From Marsupella aquatica (Eukaryota; Plantae; Marchantiophyta): a DNA stretch of 64,000 bases. Positions 23,255-37,091 of the stretch are shown here, one piece after another. Location: assembly GCA_973895155.1 (NCBI GenBank), contig OZ316897.1:10563832-10627831 (forward strand), read 5' to 3'. The position numbers and the translations under genes were made by a program. Under the pieces are notes generated by a model. It saw only the letters and a program-made list of their open reading frames with translations, did not search any database and was not told the DNA's origin. Position 1 is the first letter of the stretch; every line of letters begins with the position of its first letter.

Positions 23255-26200
23255 ATGACGGTCGATCAGGGCGGGCTGCAGAGGGCAGCCCTCGATGCGT
23301 TCGCCGGTGCTGTGGCTGGTGGAGTTTCGCGCACTGTGGTGTCTCCTCTCGATGTCATCAAGATTCGTTTCCAGGTTTGTTTGCTTTTGGTTTCTTTTGT
23401 GCCTGCCATCCATCCTACTTTCTAGTGTTGGTGTAGCGCGCCCTAGTTCTTTCGTTCTTCAATTCTCTTAAGGAATTCTGCTCCGTGGAATTGAATAGTA
23501 CTCTGCTATTTGTGTGTCCTCTGCCATTACTTCACTCCCTGGAATTCAATACCTCTATGCTATCAGTTGAAGCTTGCAATGTGCTACTACTCTGCTATTT
23601 GTAAGTCCCCTACGACTGCTCCTCCATTGTCTGAAATTCATTCGCACTCTGCTGACCGCGAGTGTCATCTCCTACGCTACCGGTATTATTCACACATCGA
23701 CGACAGAGAAAGATTTTTTTATTTATTTGGGTGGGTTGGTGTTGGGAGAGTCTTGGAGCATGCTCGTGGATAGCGGTGTCGATCTCAGCAGCAATTCGGG
23801 ACCTGAAAATGAGATCACTTGCAATTTCTGTCACCGCAAGTGGAGGAGACCGTGTTTGGAAAGCTCAAGACGCTCATGCCAGGAATTGGGGTTTGGAGCT
23901 GGCAGGTGCAATTGGAGCCAACCAGCACCCGATCACGACCGTTGGATCCGTCCCAGTTGCCGGCGAAGTATACGGGAATATTGCAGGCAACACGCGCCAT
24001 TGTGCGAGAGGAAGGACTTTCGGTGGGACATTCGTTACTACAAAGACCTCCCTGATTCGTTAAATTCAGCTGAAATTTTACTGTTTATTGTTGGATGTAG
24101 TCAGTGGCACTGTGATTAGATTGTCTTGTGTACCCAAACAGCGTTGCAGGCATAAACTTGTGCTGTGGACGTGCAGGGGTTGTGGAGAGGAAATGTACCA
24201 GCTCTGTTTTTGGTGATGCCCTACACAGCTATTCAGTTTGTCGCCCTACAGAAATTCAAGCACCTGGCTGCTAAATACGGCACTGCTGGAGGTCTGCATA
24301 ATCACCAGCCCTGCACCACAACTGTTACCAGAGTATGAGGTTTATAATGAGGTTACGAATTCGCCCTATTTTTACTATATTTGCGATCAGGTTTTTAGTG
24401 TGCCTTTTTCTTCAATCATTTTTGATGAGGCTGCTAGTAGCCCTACTCTTCTTGATGAAACTCTCTATTCGTATTCCGAGCAACAACGGAATCATGTCAA
24501 TTCCCTCCCTGAGTGATTTCCTACGCGTGTGCTCTCCACTTGATCAAACTGAGTTCTAGAGGAACCCAAAATGAAACAATGGCCAATGAGCTGGGCTTTT
24601 GTTAGGTACGACGGAGGTGTTCTCGAGCTAAATTGTGGATCCTGGACGTATGCGTCAATGCAGGTGAATCTGCAGAACTCAGCGCTAGTTTGCATTTTGT
24701 TAGTGGATCCATCGCTGGGGCTGCAGCAACGATTGGATCATACCCATTCGACCTTCTTCGGACCATAATGGCTTCACAAGGGGAGCCTAAGGTACTCCTT
24801 TTCAGAATCGTAATTGGGCAGTCTGTTGACTATGGTGCGTGAAATGTTCGTTCCAAGATGCTGGATTTCTTGACATGCTAGCCCCAACTACCCGTTCTTT
24901 GAAGTGGAGAGTAAAATAAAAGTGTCACCAAAATATAATCCCTATCTACATTCTTTGAAGGTTAATCATCATACATGTCATCATTTTAATTATCATACAT
25001 AACATACCATTCTCTTTTCTATGGACATCTCTCTTTCTATAGACATATGTTATGGTGGGGCCATAGAGTCCATTTTTTGAATGTAGATAAGAATCATGAC
25101 AGAAAGCATGCATGATTATCATTTAACATACATCATAGTCATGAATTCATCCACATGGTGGGCCATGAAGTTACGGTCTTCACTCTAGAAGCCTAGGCTC
25201 CAACTCTAGCTTGTAGTTGGCGCTTTATAAGTAAGATTTAAAAGGCTGTAGGGTACCGGGAGCTATGGAAAATGTTGGTTTCGTTCTTAAGTCCGTGGAT
25301 TTCTTCCTAATGATGACATTTGATGATATTGCATACCAGGTATACTCCAGTATGCGGGCGGCATGCGTGGGAGTCATGCAAACCAGAGGAATAAGAGGAC
25401 TGTATGCTGGTCTTGTACCTTCGTTGGTGGAAATCATTCCTTACGCTGGTCTGCAGTTTGGCTCTTATGACACTTTCAAGAGATGGACTAAGGTAATGAA
25501 TGTTACATGTAACTCAGAAACGAATAAAGAAGATTTTGTGAACAGTTCCTCCTTAATGTTTTTCTCGTCCTCTGTAGATGAGTGGCGATTTCAGTATCTG
25601 GAAAATTCTTTTAGATGATGAAACTAGGCTGTCATGGTGAGGTTGTGGTAAACAGCCTTCCAGCCGTAACTGTGCTGTGTGCGAATTGTATCGTCCATAG
25701 TCTAGTACTGGGTGCAATGTATAAATTTGTTCGGTCATGGTCCTCCTCTCAACCCTCTCTTACCTCGTCTGTTTCTGATGATTGTCATTGTTTCGTCTTC
25801 TCATTTTCAGGTTTGGATGCAAGCGAATGGATTAGAAAAGCAGTTGAATAGTGAAACATTTTCAAATGTGGAACATTTTATTTGTGGTCTAGCAGCTGGC
25901 ACATTTGCTAAGCTTTCCTGTCATCCTCTAGATGTTGTGAAGAAGAGATTTCAGGTCCGTTTGACTTCTCATTCAAAGTAGAGCTTCGTAATTCCTCCTT
26001 TGTCGTCGCCATTTTAGTAAGCTGAAATCGTACCTAAACTCAATTTGCATGTTCTACTGGCCGATTTTTTAATGTGATGCGGATCAATGGCCTTACAGGT
26101 GGAGGGCCTACAGCGAGATCTGAAGTATGGTGCTAGGATAGAGCATAAAGCATATAAGAGTATGGTGGATGCGGTGAGAAGGATAATCGAGCAAGAAGGT

Positions 26201-26338
26201 TGGAGGGGTCTTTACAAGGGTACCTTGCCATCCGTTGTGAAAGCAGCTCCTTCTTCAGCCATCACGTTTGTTGTATATGAGCAAGTGTTCAAACTAGGGT
26301 CAACATTTTTTGGCGAAAGCCCCACGAAAAATCAATAA
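23255..26338 (+). CDS. TPC1: Mitochondrial thiamine pyrophosphate carrier (SLC25A19/TPC-like); exons 23255-23374, 23906-24022, 24177-24291, 24664-24791, 25340-25492, 25811-25954, 26099-26338
   Basis: Three carrier signatures ([30 protein letters not shown]) plus [26 protein letters not shown] and [11 protein letters not shown], as in plant TPC1/2. All introns are GT-AG and in frame. Confidence 0.93.
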
Positions 26339-26744
26339 TGAATATTATTGTCATCCAGTATCATATTTACTTGGGGAAAATTACACCCTGGAAAGTTTCA
26401 GAAATCACAGAAATACTCATCTTCTGGAAATGACCACGATAATCGTCGGTGGTGTTTAGAGTGCACTTTCGGTTCACACACTCAAGATCAGGACATACGA
26501 GGAGAATGTACGTTAATAATTCTCACCCTGAACTGGGTGCACAAGACTGACTGGCAGATAGAGCTTTTCTCATGTGAGTAATTCATACCGATGGAGTAGT
26601 GGGCTTTATGTTACACCACACCCGCCATTATAAAAGCCCCATCCCATGTCTCACTACTCACCATAAAATTTGTGGGACACTTGCACCTTTTGTGGATCAC
26701 TTGCCAATAAAATGTTTTGCACTCACCACCTTTTGTGGAGTTCA

Positions 26745-26908
26745 AAACCCATTCCTGAACCTAGGCACTCTACAATGAGAGCTATGGGTTACCCTCCACA
26801 AAACTCATTCCTGAACCTGGGCACTCTATAATGAAAGCTATGGGTTACCCGTCCACAAAACTCATTCCTGAACCTGGGCACACTACAATGAAAGCTATGG
26901 GTTACCCA
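26745..26908. repeat. Tandem repeat, 3 x ~57 bp
   Basis: AAAACTCATTCCTGAACCTGGGCACTCTA.AATGAAAGCTATGGGTTACCC repeated three times. Confidence 0.9.
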
Positions 26909-27591
26909 TAGCCCTTTATAGGGGCAGTTGTGGTTTAAGGTCAGGGTACTTGTACTTTTGCAAGCCCAAAATTCATCTAGCATTTTGGGAGTTAGGAGAA
27001 TATTCAAGCTGACAGAAATGGGCTTTGTGTACAAGTCTGCAAAACTCTAGTAATCCAAAAATATGAAGGGGGGGGGGGGGTGGGATTTTGGCCTGCTTCT
27101 CTATTCATTTTCATTGGTTAATTCTTTTAGGTCAAGCTCCAATTTGTTGGGTCGAGTTCATTCAGATGTATCCTCTTCAGATGAATCCAAGTCCTGAAAA
27201 TGAACCTTCCCTCACATGAGTCCCTTTCAGCACCTTGGGAACTATGCCATATTTATTTTTAAAGAGCCTCTAGCCATGACTAAAATATTTTTTCATCACT
27301 TTAGTATGTTTTTCCTTAAATTGTGGAGCAAAGTCTCATGGTAGAGGAGAGAAATGTGAAAACAAGAAAATTTGGACACTACTCCTTTTGTAGGATTAGT
27401 GGTGGGTTAAGTGTCAGCACTGTTATTGTCATCTTTAAAGCAACATTGTCCATGACAAATCCTGGATTCACCATTTTTAGTAGGAGCAAATTCTCACCCA
27501 AGTGGAGAGTATGTGAAAAGGTGAGAAGTCTTGGACATCTCTCCTTTTATATGGCTAGTGATGGCTTAAGGATAGGTACCTGAGAACTTAT

Positions 27592-27713
27592 GGGCAAGAT
27601 TAGAGTATCATATCTTATGTTCCTTTATGGGGACTTGATTTGTAAGAGGGGGCAAGATTAGAGTATCATATCTTATGTTCCTTTATGGGGACTTGATTTG
27701 TAAGAGGGGGCAA
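27592..27713. repeat. Exact tandem duplication, 2 x ~58 bp
   Basis: GGGCAAGATTAGAGTATCATATCTTATGTTCCTTTATGGGGACTTGATTTGTAAGAGG occurs twice. Confidence 0.9.
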
Positions 27714-29223
27714 AAATTGAGAGAAAGTCTCCGCCCAAAACTCTGTCAGTCGCATCATATCAAGTAAATGGTCCATATTTAGAGTGTCAGCAACATTATT
27801 TTCCTCCATAAGGATCAGTGCTCGAGGACTTCATGGGGAACTCCTTCGTCTCTTGTATCCCCTTAATCTCTTGTGAACTACTTGATATTTATTGAACGTG
27901 TGAGCAACATGATTTCCTCCATATGGAAGTGACCAGAGGAATCCATAAACAAGGCTTAGGGAACTATATACAAAACTGCCAAAAAACAAAAGGCACCCAG
28001 CTATACTACAAGATCCCAGAGGCAAACAATCCAATGAAGGGTAGGTAACCAAAGAGCCAAGAGGAGGGGAACCCTGGCAAAAGTACACCACAAACAGAGC
28101 CGGGAAGAAAAGAGAACCTAAACCTAAACATTACCGAACTGGGTCCAAGTTGTCTTACTCTACCATATATTAGTCATGTAATTCACAAGACATTTAGACA
28201 CAAATGGTCTGCCCGTACGTGTTGCCTCGTTCTTGTGAGAATAAGTAGTGATGATCAGGTTGGTGCACTGAGCACATAATTTTTGAAAATTTGAGCCCCA
28301 GATACAAAATTGTAAGTAGGGTGAAACTCAGGAAAGCAAATCAGTGCCTAGTTTAGGAATATTAGTAACAATTTAGCAATTTTATATAAAGCACTCACTG
28401 CCAGTGAATTACATGGTGTTTGCAAGGTAAAGATATTCACAGAGGGCATACACGAACCTGATTGTCACTACAGTAAAGTGATAATGTGTCGAAGTGAATA
28501 GCTTTGAAGTACCCTCATTGATATCGTGGAACAATTAAAGGGTGGGCTTTATGAGAGTCGACTGATGCAACATTGATTGGCTTTCACCTAATTTCTCGTT
28601 GAAATGGTGAACAATCAAGTCGGGAAAACTGACGGTTTACATCCTGTAGCCGCTGCGCATTGTGACATTGCCTCGACCACACGAGACCATCATACCAACT
28701 AAAGCGAGGTGTACTATTTGTCCCAGGTATACTTGAAAGCAGTGGGATAAGAAAGAAAGTAAATATTAAAGCGCATCCAACCATATGTACTCCGACGGAT
28801 TCTAGAAAACCTTTGATAAAACCATGACGGCAACGGAAAACATGCCAATTACCTGATCACATCTTCAATATCACACCTTGGCTTACAGTTCCAGAGCGAT
28901 GGACACGATATATGCCTAAATTTTGTGTTAGAGCACTCCCAGCGTATGGCAGCTGCATGGAACTCTGTAAATATGTTAATGTTAATTTAATAAAGGCAAT
29001 GTCAAGAATCTATACACTCATTGTTCCTAATTCTAAGCTAATTAATTGAAATTGAATTATCAATTAATTAGAGAACAAATCTCACCCACTACTCTTGGGC
29101 CATGACATCGTCACTTGCGAGAGGACTTTCTCGAGCAAAACAATTCCAAGCCCGACAAACCTTGAAATGCCCTGTTAGTGAATACAATTGGTAAGAGTCG
29201 GCTGAAAATTCCACTATTTTTGT

Positions 29224-32200
29224 TCAGCTTATCTGTTTTCCTTTTCGTCGTCTGTCCAGTTCTGCTTCGGCCTCCAACACTAACTGTCGAAGCCGGTTCA
29301 CTTCTTGTTCACACTCCTGGAGAGTTTTCTTAGGTGGAACTACAACAGAGTCAGGGTCAGCTGGCTGGTAGGGTTTGATCAGGTTGACAGAGAACTCCTT
29401 CAAAGCATCTACTCCTCGCACCTGCATAGAGAAGAACACAATATGAACAAAACGCCTCAAAAGGATATCTCATGCAGTGGATATGCCCAGGACAGGTGAG
29501 AGCTGCAGTCTTCCTTTCCCTCTCTCGAGAAAGTCCACCAGTGATGTGAGGACCACCAATATATACAGAAAAAAGGAAATGCGAGTCATTAAGACGTGTA
29601 GAGAATGACGTAAGGGATCCTACAGTACCAACCTACATTAGCAAGCAGAGCCTTGGCTCAGATATCACCATCAAACTTATCAGATAAATACCTCCTCTGG
29701 AAGCAAAGGTAACTGAGTGATATGAAAGTCCTCATATAGTTCATGGAACTGATCTAAATATTTCTTCTGCATTCGTACTCTTGCTTGTAGTAATTTTGAG
29801 TCGGCAGCTGTTTCAAATTGGACACTTCCGTGAGTTAGAAGCTCCTCATGCAAAACGCGCCCATCCTATCGACGCTTGGCACGGCATAAAAGGCATTGGG
29901 CAACTACCAAATCAGACGAGTTCTTATCTGGTCCGATTAGTTTAATGAAACATTTGCGGAAGAAGAGGATTTTCATACATGATAATAGCAAACAGGGGTA
30001 TGTAAGGCGGATTTAACCATATTTACATCAGCTCAGTATGTCGGCGGATTAGGCAGAAAAGATCACAGAACGGCCCTGTTTTGATCGCTACTGTCTATTG
30101 CCAGAGATCGTCTGGGAAACTCACCTTCCTCCTTGAACAAAACTTGATTGATGACGATATTATGAGTGTCGATTTCAAAACGGGCCAGCTCCTGCACTAG
30201 TCTTTCTGTTTCATAGAGTGAAAGAAACTCCGGGATGCATACACAAACAAAAGTTGTCATATCCTGGACCACCCAATCCCGAAATAAGTATGACGACTAT
30301 AACAAGGTCGTTGCCGATAGCATAAATTGACTTGATTTGTTGCTTCTGGCTTCAAGAGTAGACTAACGACTAGAAGGACGTGTAAGAGGCTCTTACAGGA
30401 TTACGAAACTGCTCATTGACTTGCTCAATCACCAATTTCATGCCTTCCAATTTGCTCATAATGGCATCCTCTCCGAACTCATTGCCAGCTCCAAACATCC
30501 GTGTTACCTGGACCACCAGATTTCCTCTGTCGTTACTGCATCACCAAGTCCCATCGTATAAAAAGCACCTCCAAGGCTGAATGAAAGGCACCCATATCTA
30601 CATACCGTGTCCCTGCACTGACTACTTTATGTAACAACTTCACATACACATAGAGCTGACGACACCTTCTCAACAAGTAAGAAATAGACCCTCCTGCACA
30701 ACATATCTATCGCGATCTTTGCGATACTCTGAAGCGTCTCCAGCATGTGAAAGTTACCGTTACTCTTAGTCCAGGACCCTTTCCATGACTCTAGACCAAA
30801 CATAGACAAAACGTCTCCAAACGCCGAATGTACACTTGGTTCGTGTTGGAATAGCACATTGCATAAATTTATGCAGGATCGGTACTGTTTCACTAAACCT
30901 AACTATTACTTTCAGAAATACCGAATTAAGCTCAGCTTCTACATTACACACTCGGAAGCACTATCAAGCAGTTGAGGAGTTAATCTAGACCTGATTGATA
31001 AGCCCTCCAAACTTGTTCTTCAGAGTCATAATCTTGCCAAGCCCTTTCTCCAGAGTTGATGGGAACTGCAACAACCGTAATGTGTGGCCAGTGGGAGCTG
31101 TGTCAAACACTATGACATCATAGTCCAATGTCTGCACCAACCTGCATTTCGATCAGCTCTCAGTCATACACCAAACTCTACAAAGCCCATAGGTCTAGTA
31201 AGTATCAGTATTGCCCAGCTAAGTTCTACAAAATCGCAATACAATGATACGATACAACATCAAAAGAATCTGATTACATGACGTACATGAATCATTCTGG
31301 GAGAATTTATTGGACGTACGATGGCCTCATTATTCACCTAGACCTCCAACTATTACGTTCCGCTCTAATTATGACTTGCAGCAAAATTAACTTAGCAAGA
31401 ACAGGTTCCTGTTAATCCAACAGCATTCCATGGAGACATGTGCGGCATCTGAGTTCGCTTCAAAAGACTCTCTCAATTGAGGGGAAGACGAACCAATGGA
31501 TGATTTCGATTTGAAATCGGCTCTCCATGAAAAACTTTTTAAATTTGTCAATGACGGAGAGCTTCCACAGTCTGCTTATTATGAAAATGCACCGGTGTAG
31601 AGAATGCAAGGGAGAAAAGAATACAGACACGAAGAGCGGTACCAACGAAAACAAACAACCCGAGTTAGGTCAACTTAGCAAACATCACACCCTTCAGAAC
31701 CATCGCATGCGGGGCAACTAACGTGATGCAAGTTTCACACCGAACAGCCAAAGGATCGTTAGGGAGAAACTTACTTGAGCATTTCAGCAAAACTCATGGC
31801 CTCATCTATGCCCGGTATTGAATTCGCAAGCTCGGACACAAAACCTCCCATCCCTTCCAATGACTCCAACTCATCGCTCTCCACGTTGGGATCTACCTCC
31901 TGCATAATAACCACACCGTAACAAAAGTCATCCGTGTAAGTCCTAGATGCAGGACTCGTAGGCAATTGCGGTAGCACCTAAAAAGGTTCACAGTAATTCT
32001 AACAAGAACCACTCTAGCAAGAATTCCTGCGCGAGTTGAAGTCACCTGATCTTTCAGATTTAGATTAGGGAAAATACAGAAAAATCATGCGAAAGCTAGA
32101 TGCAGAAAGCATAGGGAATTGAAGTATAACCTAGAAATGAAACAACAATCAACGAAAATCACTCGACATCTATAGTCGCCATGGTAGAGACGGAGTAGCA

Positions 32201-32585
32201 CCTTGCTCTTCCAACCTAAGTATCGACTGAGCAGAAGACAGGCGAAGCAGAAGGATACATTGGAGAAGAGAACAGAAGGGAAAAGCACAAGGAGAAAAGG
32301 AGAGCGAACCATTGCAAAAAGGTTGGAGAAGCCCTGGACGAGAGTGGGAGTGCGCGTGAATTTCTGCCGAAACGCGTCGCTGAGGTTGTGAGCCGGATCC
32401 GTGGAGATGATGAGCACGGACGGGCGCACGGCCGCCAACTGCACGGCCAGCATGGAGCTGCACGTCGTCTTTCCGACACCTCCTTTGCCTCCCACGAAGA
32501 TCCATTTCAATTGCTGCTGCTCCAACACATTACTCAAGCTCGGCTGCAACGCGCCCGCGCCCTCCAGCTCCTCGTCTTCCGCCAT
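29224..32585 (-). CDS. GET3: GET3a / ASNA1 (ArsA-family) tail-anchored protein targeting ATPase, multi-exon
   Basis: [16 protein letters not shown]-loop, [76 protein letters not shown], and the plant C-terminal coiled coil; GT-AG junctions seen. Confidence 0.95.
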
Positions 32586-33559
32586 ATCTAGTAGCTCAAT
32601 TTCCTGCTCCAATAATCCCCTCCCTTTCTTCGTCCTCGACCTCCGTCTCCTCCTCCGCAATGAATGAAATGGAACGGAATCCTCTGTCAAAACAACCTCT
32701 ACATTTTAGATTTAACGAAGAGAAACAAGACCTTTCAGTCGAAACTCGAGCAGAGCACTTTTCTGCACCGATGGACTCAATTACCGGGCCTAATTACAAT
32801 ATATCTTAATCAACTAATCACCTACTGTAATGTTGTGAAAATCGCGGCCGGCCTCTGTAATCACTCCTAATTCGTGCTTCTAATTTGGGTTACCGGGTTC
32901 GGGTACTCTGGTTATCACGAGTGGGTTTATTACTGTTCCAATAAAGCTGACGCAGTACGGAATCAAAAGCTTTGCTATGATTCGCTGATTTTCAGTGGTA
33001 ATGTGGCATGTTGTTGTACGTGTCATGAGCCTTCACGAGGGGCTTTGGTCCAAGTGGCTTCGGTCAGTTGGCCAGCGATCAGGTTGGAACTGGATAGTTT
33101 GTAAGGTTTTTTTATGTGGTGAGGGTGGCCAAAGTCACCTTGTATGAAAGAGAAAAATGTTAGGAAGACCTAGCCCTAGATGTAAGGATAGGTGGCAGAA
33201 TCTGGCTCATGGTTATCTGTTTGAAATTGGCTAATGTTATCATGATATTAACTTTTTCAGGAGATTAGGTTACTTTGTCTTATTGAAATTTTATATATGT
33301 ATGTTTATTTCAACTTATTCTAGACAAGGTGCATTTTTGTGATTTTGAAATTATTTTACCCTCCCTTAATGTTTTTAATTATCATTTCTGAGACCCACCG
33401 TTTCTGAGACCCACTCTTTTGGGTCTATATATATTTTTCAGTCTTGTAAAATCATTATTTTTAACCAACAATAGAAACGATGACAACCTAGTAATTAATT
33501 GACAAAATTGTAACTGGCCAAATAAGAATTACATGACTCATCACGTTTCAGGTGATTCT

Positions 33560-34230
33560 AGACCATGATAGTGCAGGACATATTATTACTTGATTTATCA
33601 AGCTTATCGCTCTCTGAGAGTAATTTAATAGAATATCCATTTTGAGCGGAAGAACAGAAAAACAAGGCAGGAACGCTAACACAGTGCTCCAGTACGTTTA
33701 TCAACTCTCACTCAACTCATGTAAAAATGCTGACACTGTCTCGAAGAATATAGTTACAAGTCAGGGAACTCTCTACCTCGACTCTGCACTCTCACTAATT
33801 CCCATGGATCGCTGATCAACATTAAATCAAAGCCGTGCTCTGATACCATGCTGGTAACATTCACTTAACTGAATTTCTACAAAGGAACCGGCCAAGGAGC
33901 CACATTAAGTAGAGCGCAGAGAACCAGTGACAAGGAAGAATCAAACAGACCAACAAAGAGACCAAGATCTGATGTCAGAACTAACAGCCTAATCAAAAAG
34001 GTACAAACCCACGACTAAGCCCGCAACCGAGAAGCGGTACCAACACAGAGTAATTAAACGTGAGTCTGACAGTAGAGTATCGCCCATTGTCTCTCCTACG
34101 TAGCTTAGTACGCCTTTCTCATATATAGTAGTGGACCCTAAACAAATATGCTGGGATGAAGGGACACAAAAGTGGTGGCACTAAACTGAGTATCCTTAGT
34201 TAAATAATCATGCAGCTAATGTCACAACAT
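33560..34230 (-). mobile_element. LTR retrotransposon 5' LTR plus tRNA-iMet PBS and decayed internal start
   Basis: The minus strand reads ...ACCAGCA|TGGTATCAGAGC (PBS at 33837-33848). The LTR sequence from 33849 is homologous to 48166-48430 and 49550-49815. Confidence 0.75.
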
Positions 34231-34789
34231 TGTGGCCAGCTTGTAGCTCAAAATCGCTCTAAACTAGGTGTGCAGACTCCTCTCCCCTGCCTCCGCTAGG
34301 CTCTCTCTGGCACAACCTTGGGATACATAATGAAATTCAAATATAAACATCATTCAATCAATCATATATAGTGAACATCAGCAATGTATGACAGAAATGA
34401 ATCTTTACTGATCTTGGAAACCCTTGCATATATGCTGGGTTGAAGGCATGCATACAATTTAATTTGGTGGCACTAAATCCAGCACTAAAGCATCCACCAT
34501 AAAACTGATTATGCGTTATTTAACTTAATATTTAACTGGTGTCTCAACACTACTGCTAGCGTGTAGCTCAACATTGCTCTACACTGGTTCGCCAGCTTTC
34601 CCTGCCTCAGCTACGCTCTTTCTAGCACAAACCTTGCACAACATACGTAAGCATCTACCATCAGCTCAATTCCGACAACGAATATTTATTAAGTGTCCTC
34701 CCACTCCCGGTTTGACCTTGCCCGTCAAACTGGGCGTTTTTGAGTGGCAAATTGGCAACCCGGCACCCGGGTTCGGAAGCAGTCCGGGA

Positions 34790-35330
34790 AAGGAAACCTT
34801 CGGCCGCGGTTCGGGTTCGGGAGGCCGGGTTCGGGAGGAGGTGTGGAGGGTTTGGGTGGGGGTCCGGGTGACTAATCGGGTCCGGGTCCGGGGCGGAGGC
34901 GGTCGGTGGGGGCTTGGGGTGGGGGCTCGGGGTGGGGTCCGGGTGGGGTTCGGGTCCGCTCGGTGGGGGTTCGGGTTGGGGTCCGGGTGCGGCTCGGGTC
35001 CGTGAGGCCGAGTTCGGGAGGAGGTGCGGGGGGTTCGGGTGGGGTCCGGGTGGAGTTCGGGTTTGGGTCCCGGTCCGGGGGTTCGGGTTCGGGAGGTGCG
35101 GGGGGGTTCGGGTGGGGGTCCGGGTCCGGGGCGGAGGCGCTCGGTGGGGGTTCAGGTTGGGGTCCGGGTGGGGTTTGGGTCCGGGAGGCTGAGGTTCGGG
35201 GTGGGGTCCGGGTGGGGGTCCGGTTCGGGGTTCGGGTCCGGGTCCGGGGGGCACTTCGGGGGTTCGGAGGTTCGGGGTTCGGGATGGGAGGCTTGGATTA
35301 GGGTTTTGCGGTTTAGGGTTGGAGGGTGAG
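34790..35330 (+). repeat. G-rich subterminal array (GGGTTC/GGGTCC hexamer variants), left arm of the hAT element
   Basis: Dozens of GGGTTCG/GGGTCCG units, ending in TTAGGG/TTTAGGG motifs near 35300-35320. Confidence 0.9.
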
Positions 35331-36226
35331 GCCGGCCGGGAAAGGGTCGGGAGGGTGCTTGGGAGAGGATAAAAGGAGGAGATCCCTCCTCCCCCTCCTC
35401 CCCCTCCTCATTTTTGCAGAAGAGGAGGAGAGGAGGAGGAGGAGAGGAGGAGGAGGAGGAGGAGAGAAGGAGAGGAGGAGAGGAGGAGGAGGAGAGAAGG
35501 AGAGAAGGAGAGGAGGAGAGGAGGAGGAGGAGATAAGTGTTTGGTTTTGGTTTTTGTTTTTGATTTTTGGTTTGTTTTTGTTTGTTTGTGTTTTGTTTTG
35601 TGGTTTTTGAAGTTTTCTTTTGTGTTTTAAACCCTAACCTTAGAGCCAAATGGAGGGATATAAAGAAACACTTGTACGCGCACGCTTTGAGCCTCGGTTC
35701 GGTTTGCGATACTCTGTACAAGAATTTCTTAATATCACCTTAACAATTTAGTCTCCTTTGTTCATTAAGTAAAACATTTGCGGAGATAGAGGAATCCATG
35801 TACGCATGCTTAGAGTTTTGGCTCGGTCTGCGATACTTTGCATGGATACCACGATTCGCCAAGAATGTTTTTACTTGAATTACAAATGAGTGCTAAATTA
35901 TAGACACCAAATCACATATGTTGAAGCAAGAATATAACAACTTTGAAAGAAAAGAACACTTTTGTGCGCATGCTTTGAGCGTCCGCTCGGTCTGTGATAT
36001 TTCACAACTATTGTCTTTCTCTTTTATTGTTGTTATATTTAAAGGTAATTAAAATCATGTGTGCAATAAAAATACATAATGCATGGGATAAAAAAACCGG
36101 GAAGAGATAATAACAATACGACTTGTAATTTTCAGGCTGGTCGTTGAAACCTTATTGGAAGGATTTTATTTAAATCCCGGTAAGATTTTGTTCCTCCCTC
36201 ACATATTCCTTTTGTGAAGGGAAAAC

Positions 36227-37091
36227 ATGGCCATCGGTAATTTTAGTTTAGAGTATAGGCAAGTGTTGGAGACAATCACAAAACATGTGAATGAGGGATA
36301 TGAGCCGAATCTTGTTGCTCTGGATGCATTGAAGAATGCTCGAAACACTCTCGAACATGCTAGGAATTCTAGCAAAGTGGTCGGGAAACAAAAATGGAAG
36401 GGGGCAAACAAAGAGGCAAAATAGGTTTGACATAATGTGGTAGTGTCGATATGGAAAGAAATACTTTATTGCTACACTCAACCGAAACAGTATGGGGTGG
36501 ACGGGTTCGAGAGGGAGTTCACAAGACACGAACAGAAAGAATACAAGAATTTTCTTGGTGAGATAACCTGTTGTATGCGGGAAAGCGTACAGAAGAAGGA
36601 CAATTTCACACGAGAGCAAATGAAGTCATTTGAAGATGAAACTGAGAAACCGGGAGGATTTCTGGAAAATTTGGCTCTCAACTTGGAGAAGCATATTTGG
36701 GATAATTTGGCAGCCAAAGTGGAGGAGGGTGACACTACATTGCTTGGAAACCGAGGAACGCGAGTATGAGCAACGAGGATTGTTGAAGCAAATGTCATCA
36801 ATGGAGACTCAACAAAACACTGAAGAAATGACTGAAGATACTATACCGGCGATGCAAATAGATGAAACTCCCATTGAACATTTCACAATCAATGAATATA
36901 ATTTGTCAGCTGGGGAATTTGACAGGTTGTTATTCAGTGGCCGACTCGATGAGTGGAAACAATATGCGGCAGCCAACCAACCATCAATAGATGAGCAAAA
37001 TTTGCAACGATCCATTCGGCGTCATCGACAATGTCAACAACAGGCAGAGGTGAAAATAGAAGCCGTCGACAACAACAACAAAAGGAACTGA
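36227..37091 (+). pseudogene. Accessory (cargo) ORF of the hAT element, unknown function, disrupted by stops and a frameshift
   Basis: 36227-36424 and 36437-36769 are in the same frame, separated by two stops, and continue after a frameshift into 36630-37091. Charged, helical, protein-like composition, ~285 aa in total. Confidence 0.6.

Noticed and set aside
8081-26338. Vitamin-cofactor gene cluster (biotin synthase plus TPP carrier)
   Set aside because: Different pathways, 14 kb apart, with unrelated genes and TEs between them; no evidence of co-regulation.
22600-26900. TPP riboswitch associated with the thiamine carrier gene
   Set aside because: I found no CUGAGA plus ACCUGAU/AGGGA core arrangement by eye. 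An Infernal scan with the Rfam TPP model would be decisive.
26745-26908. CRISPR-like repeat array
   Set aside because: Head-to-tail tandem units without unique spacers, in a eukaryotic context with no cas genes.
29690-29810. GET3 lacks the zinc-binding CxxC motif
   Set aside because: This is a known property of land-plant GET3a.
34574-35721. Pro-rich and Gly-rich ORFs (extensin- or GRP-like)
   Set aside because: They are translations of the G/C-rich subterminal repeats of the hAT element and are open in several frames on both strands.
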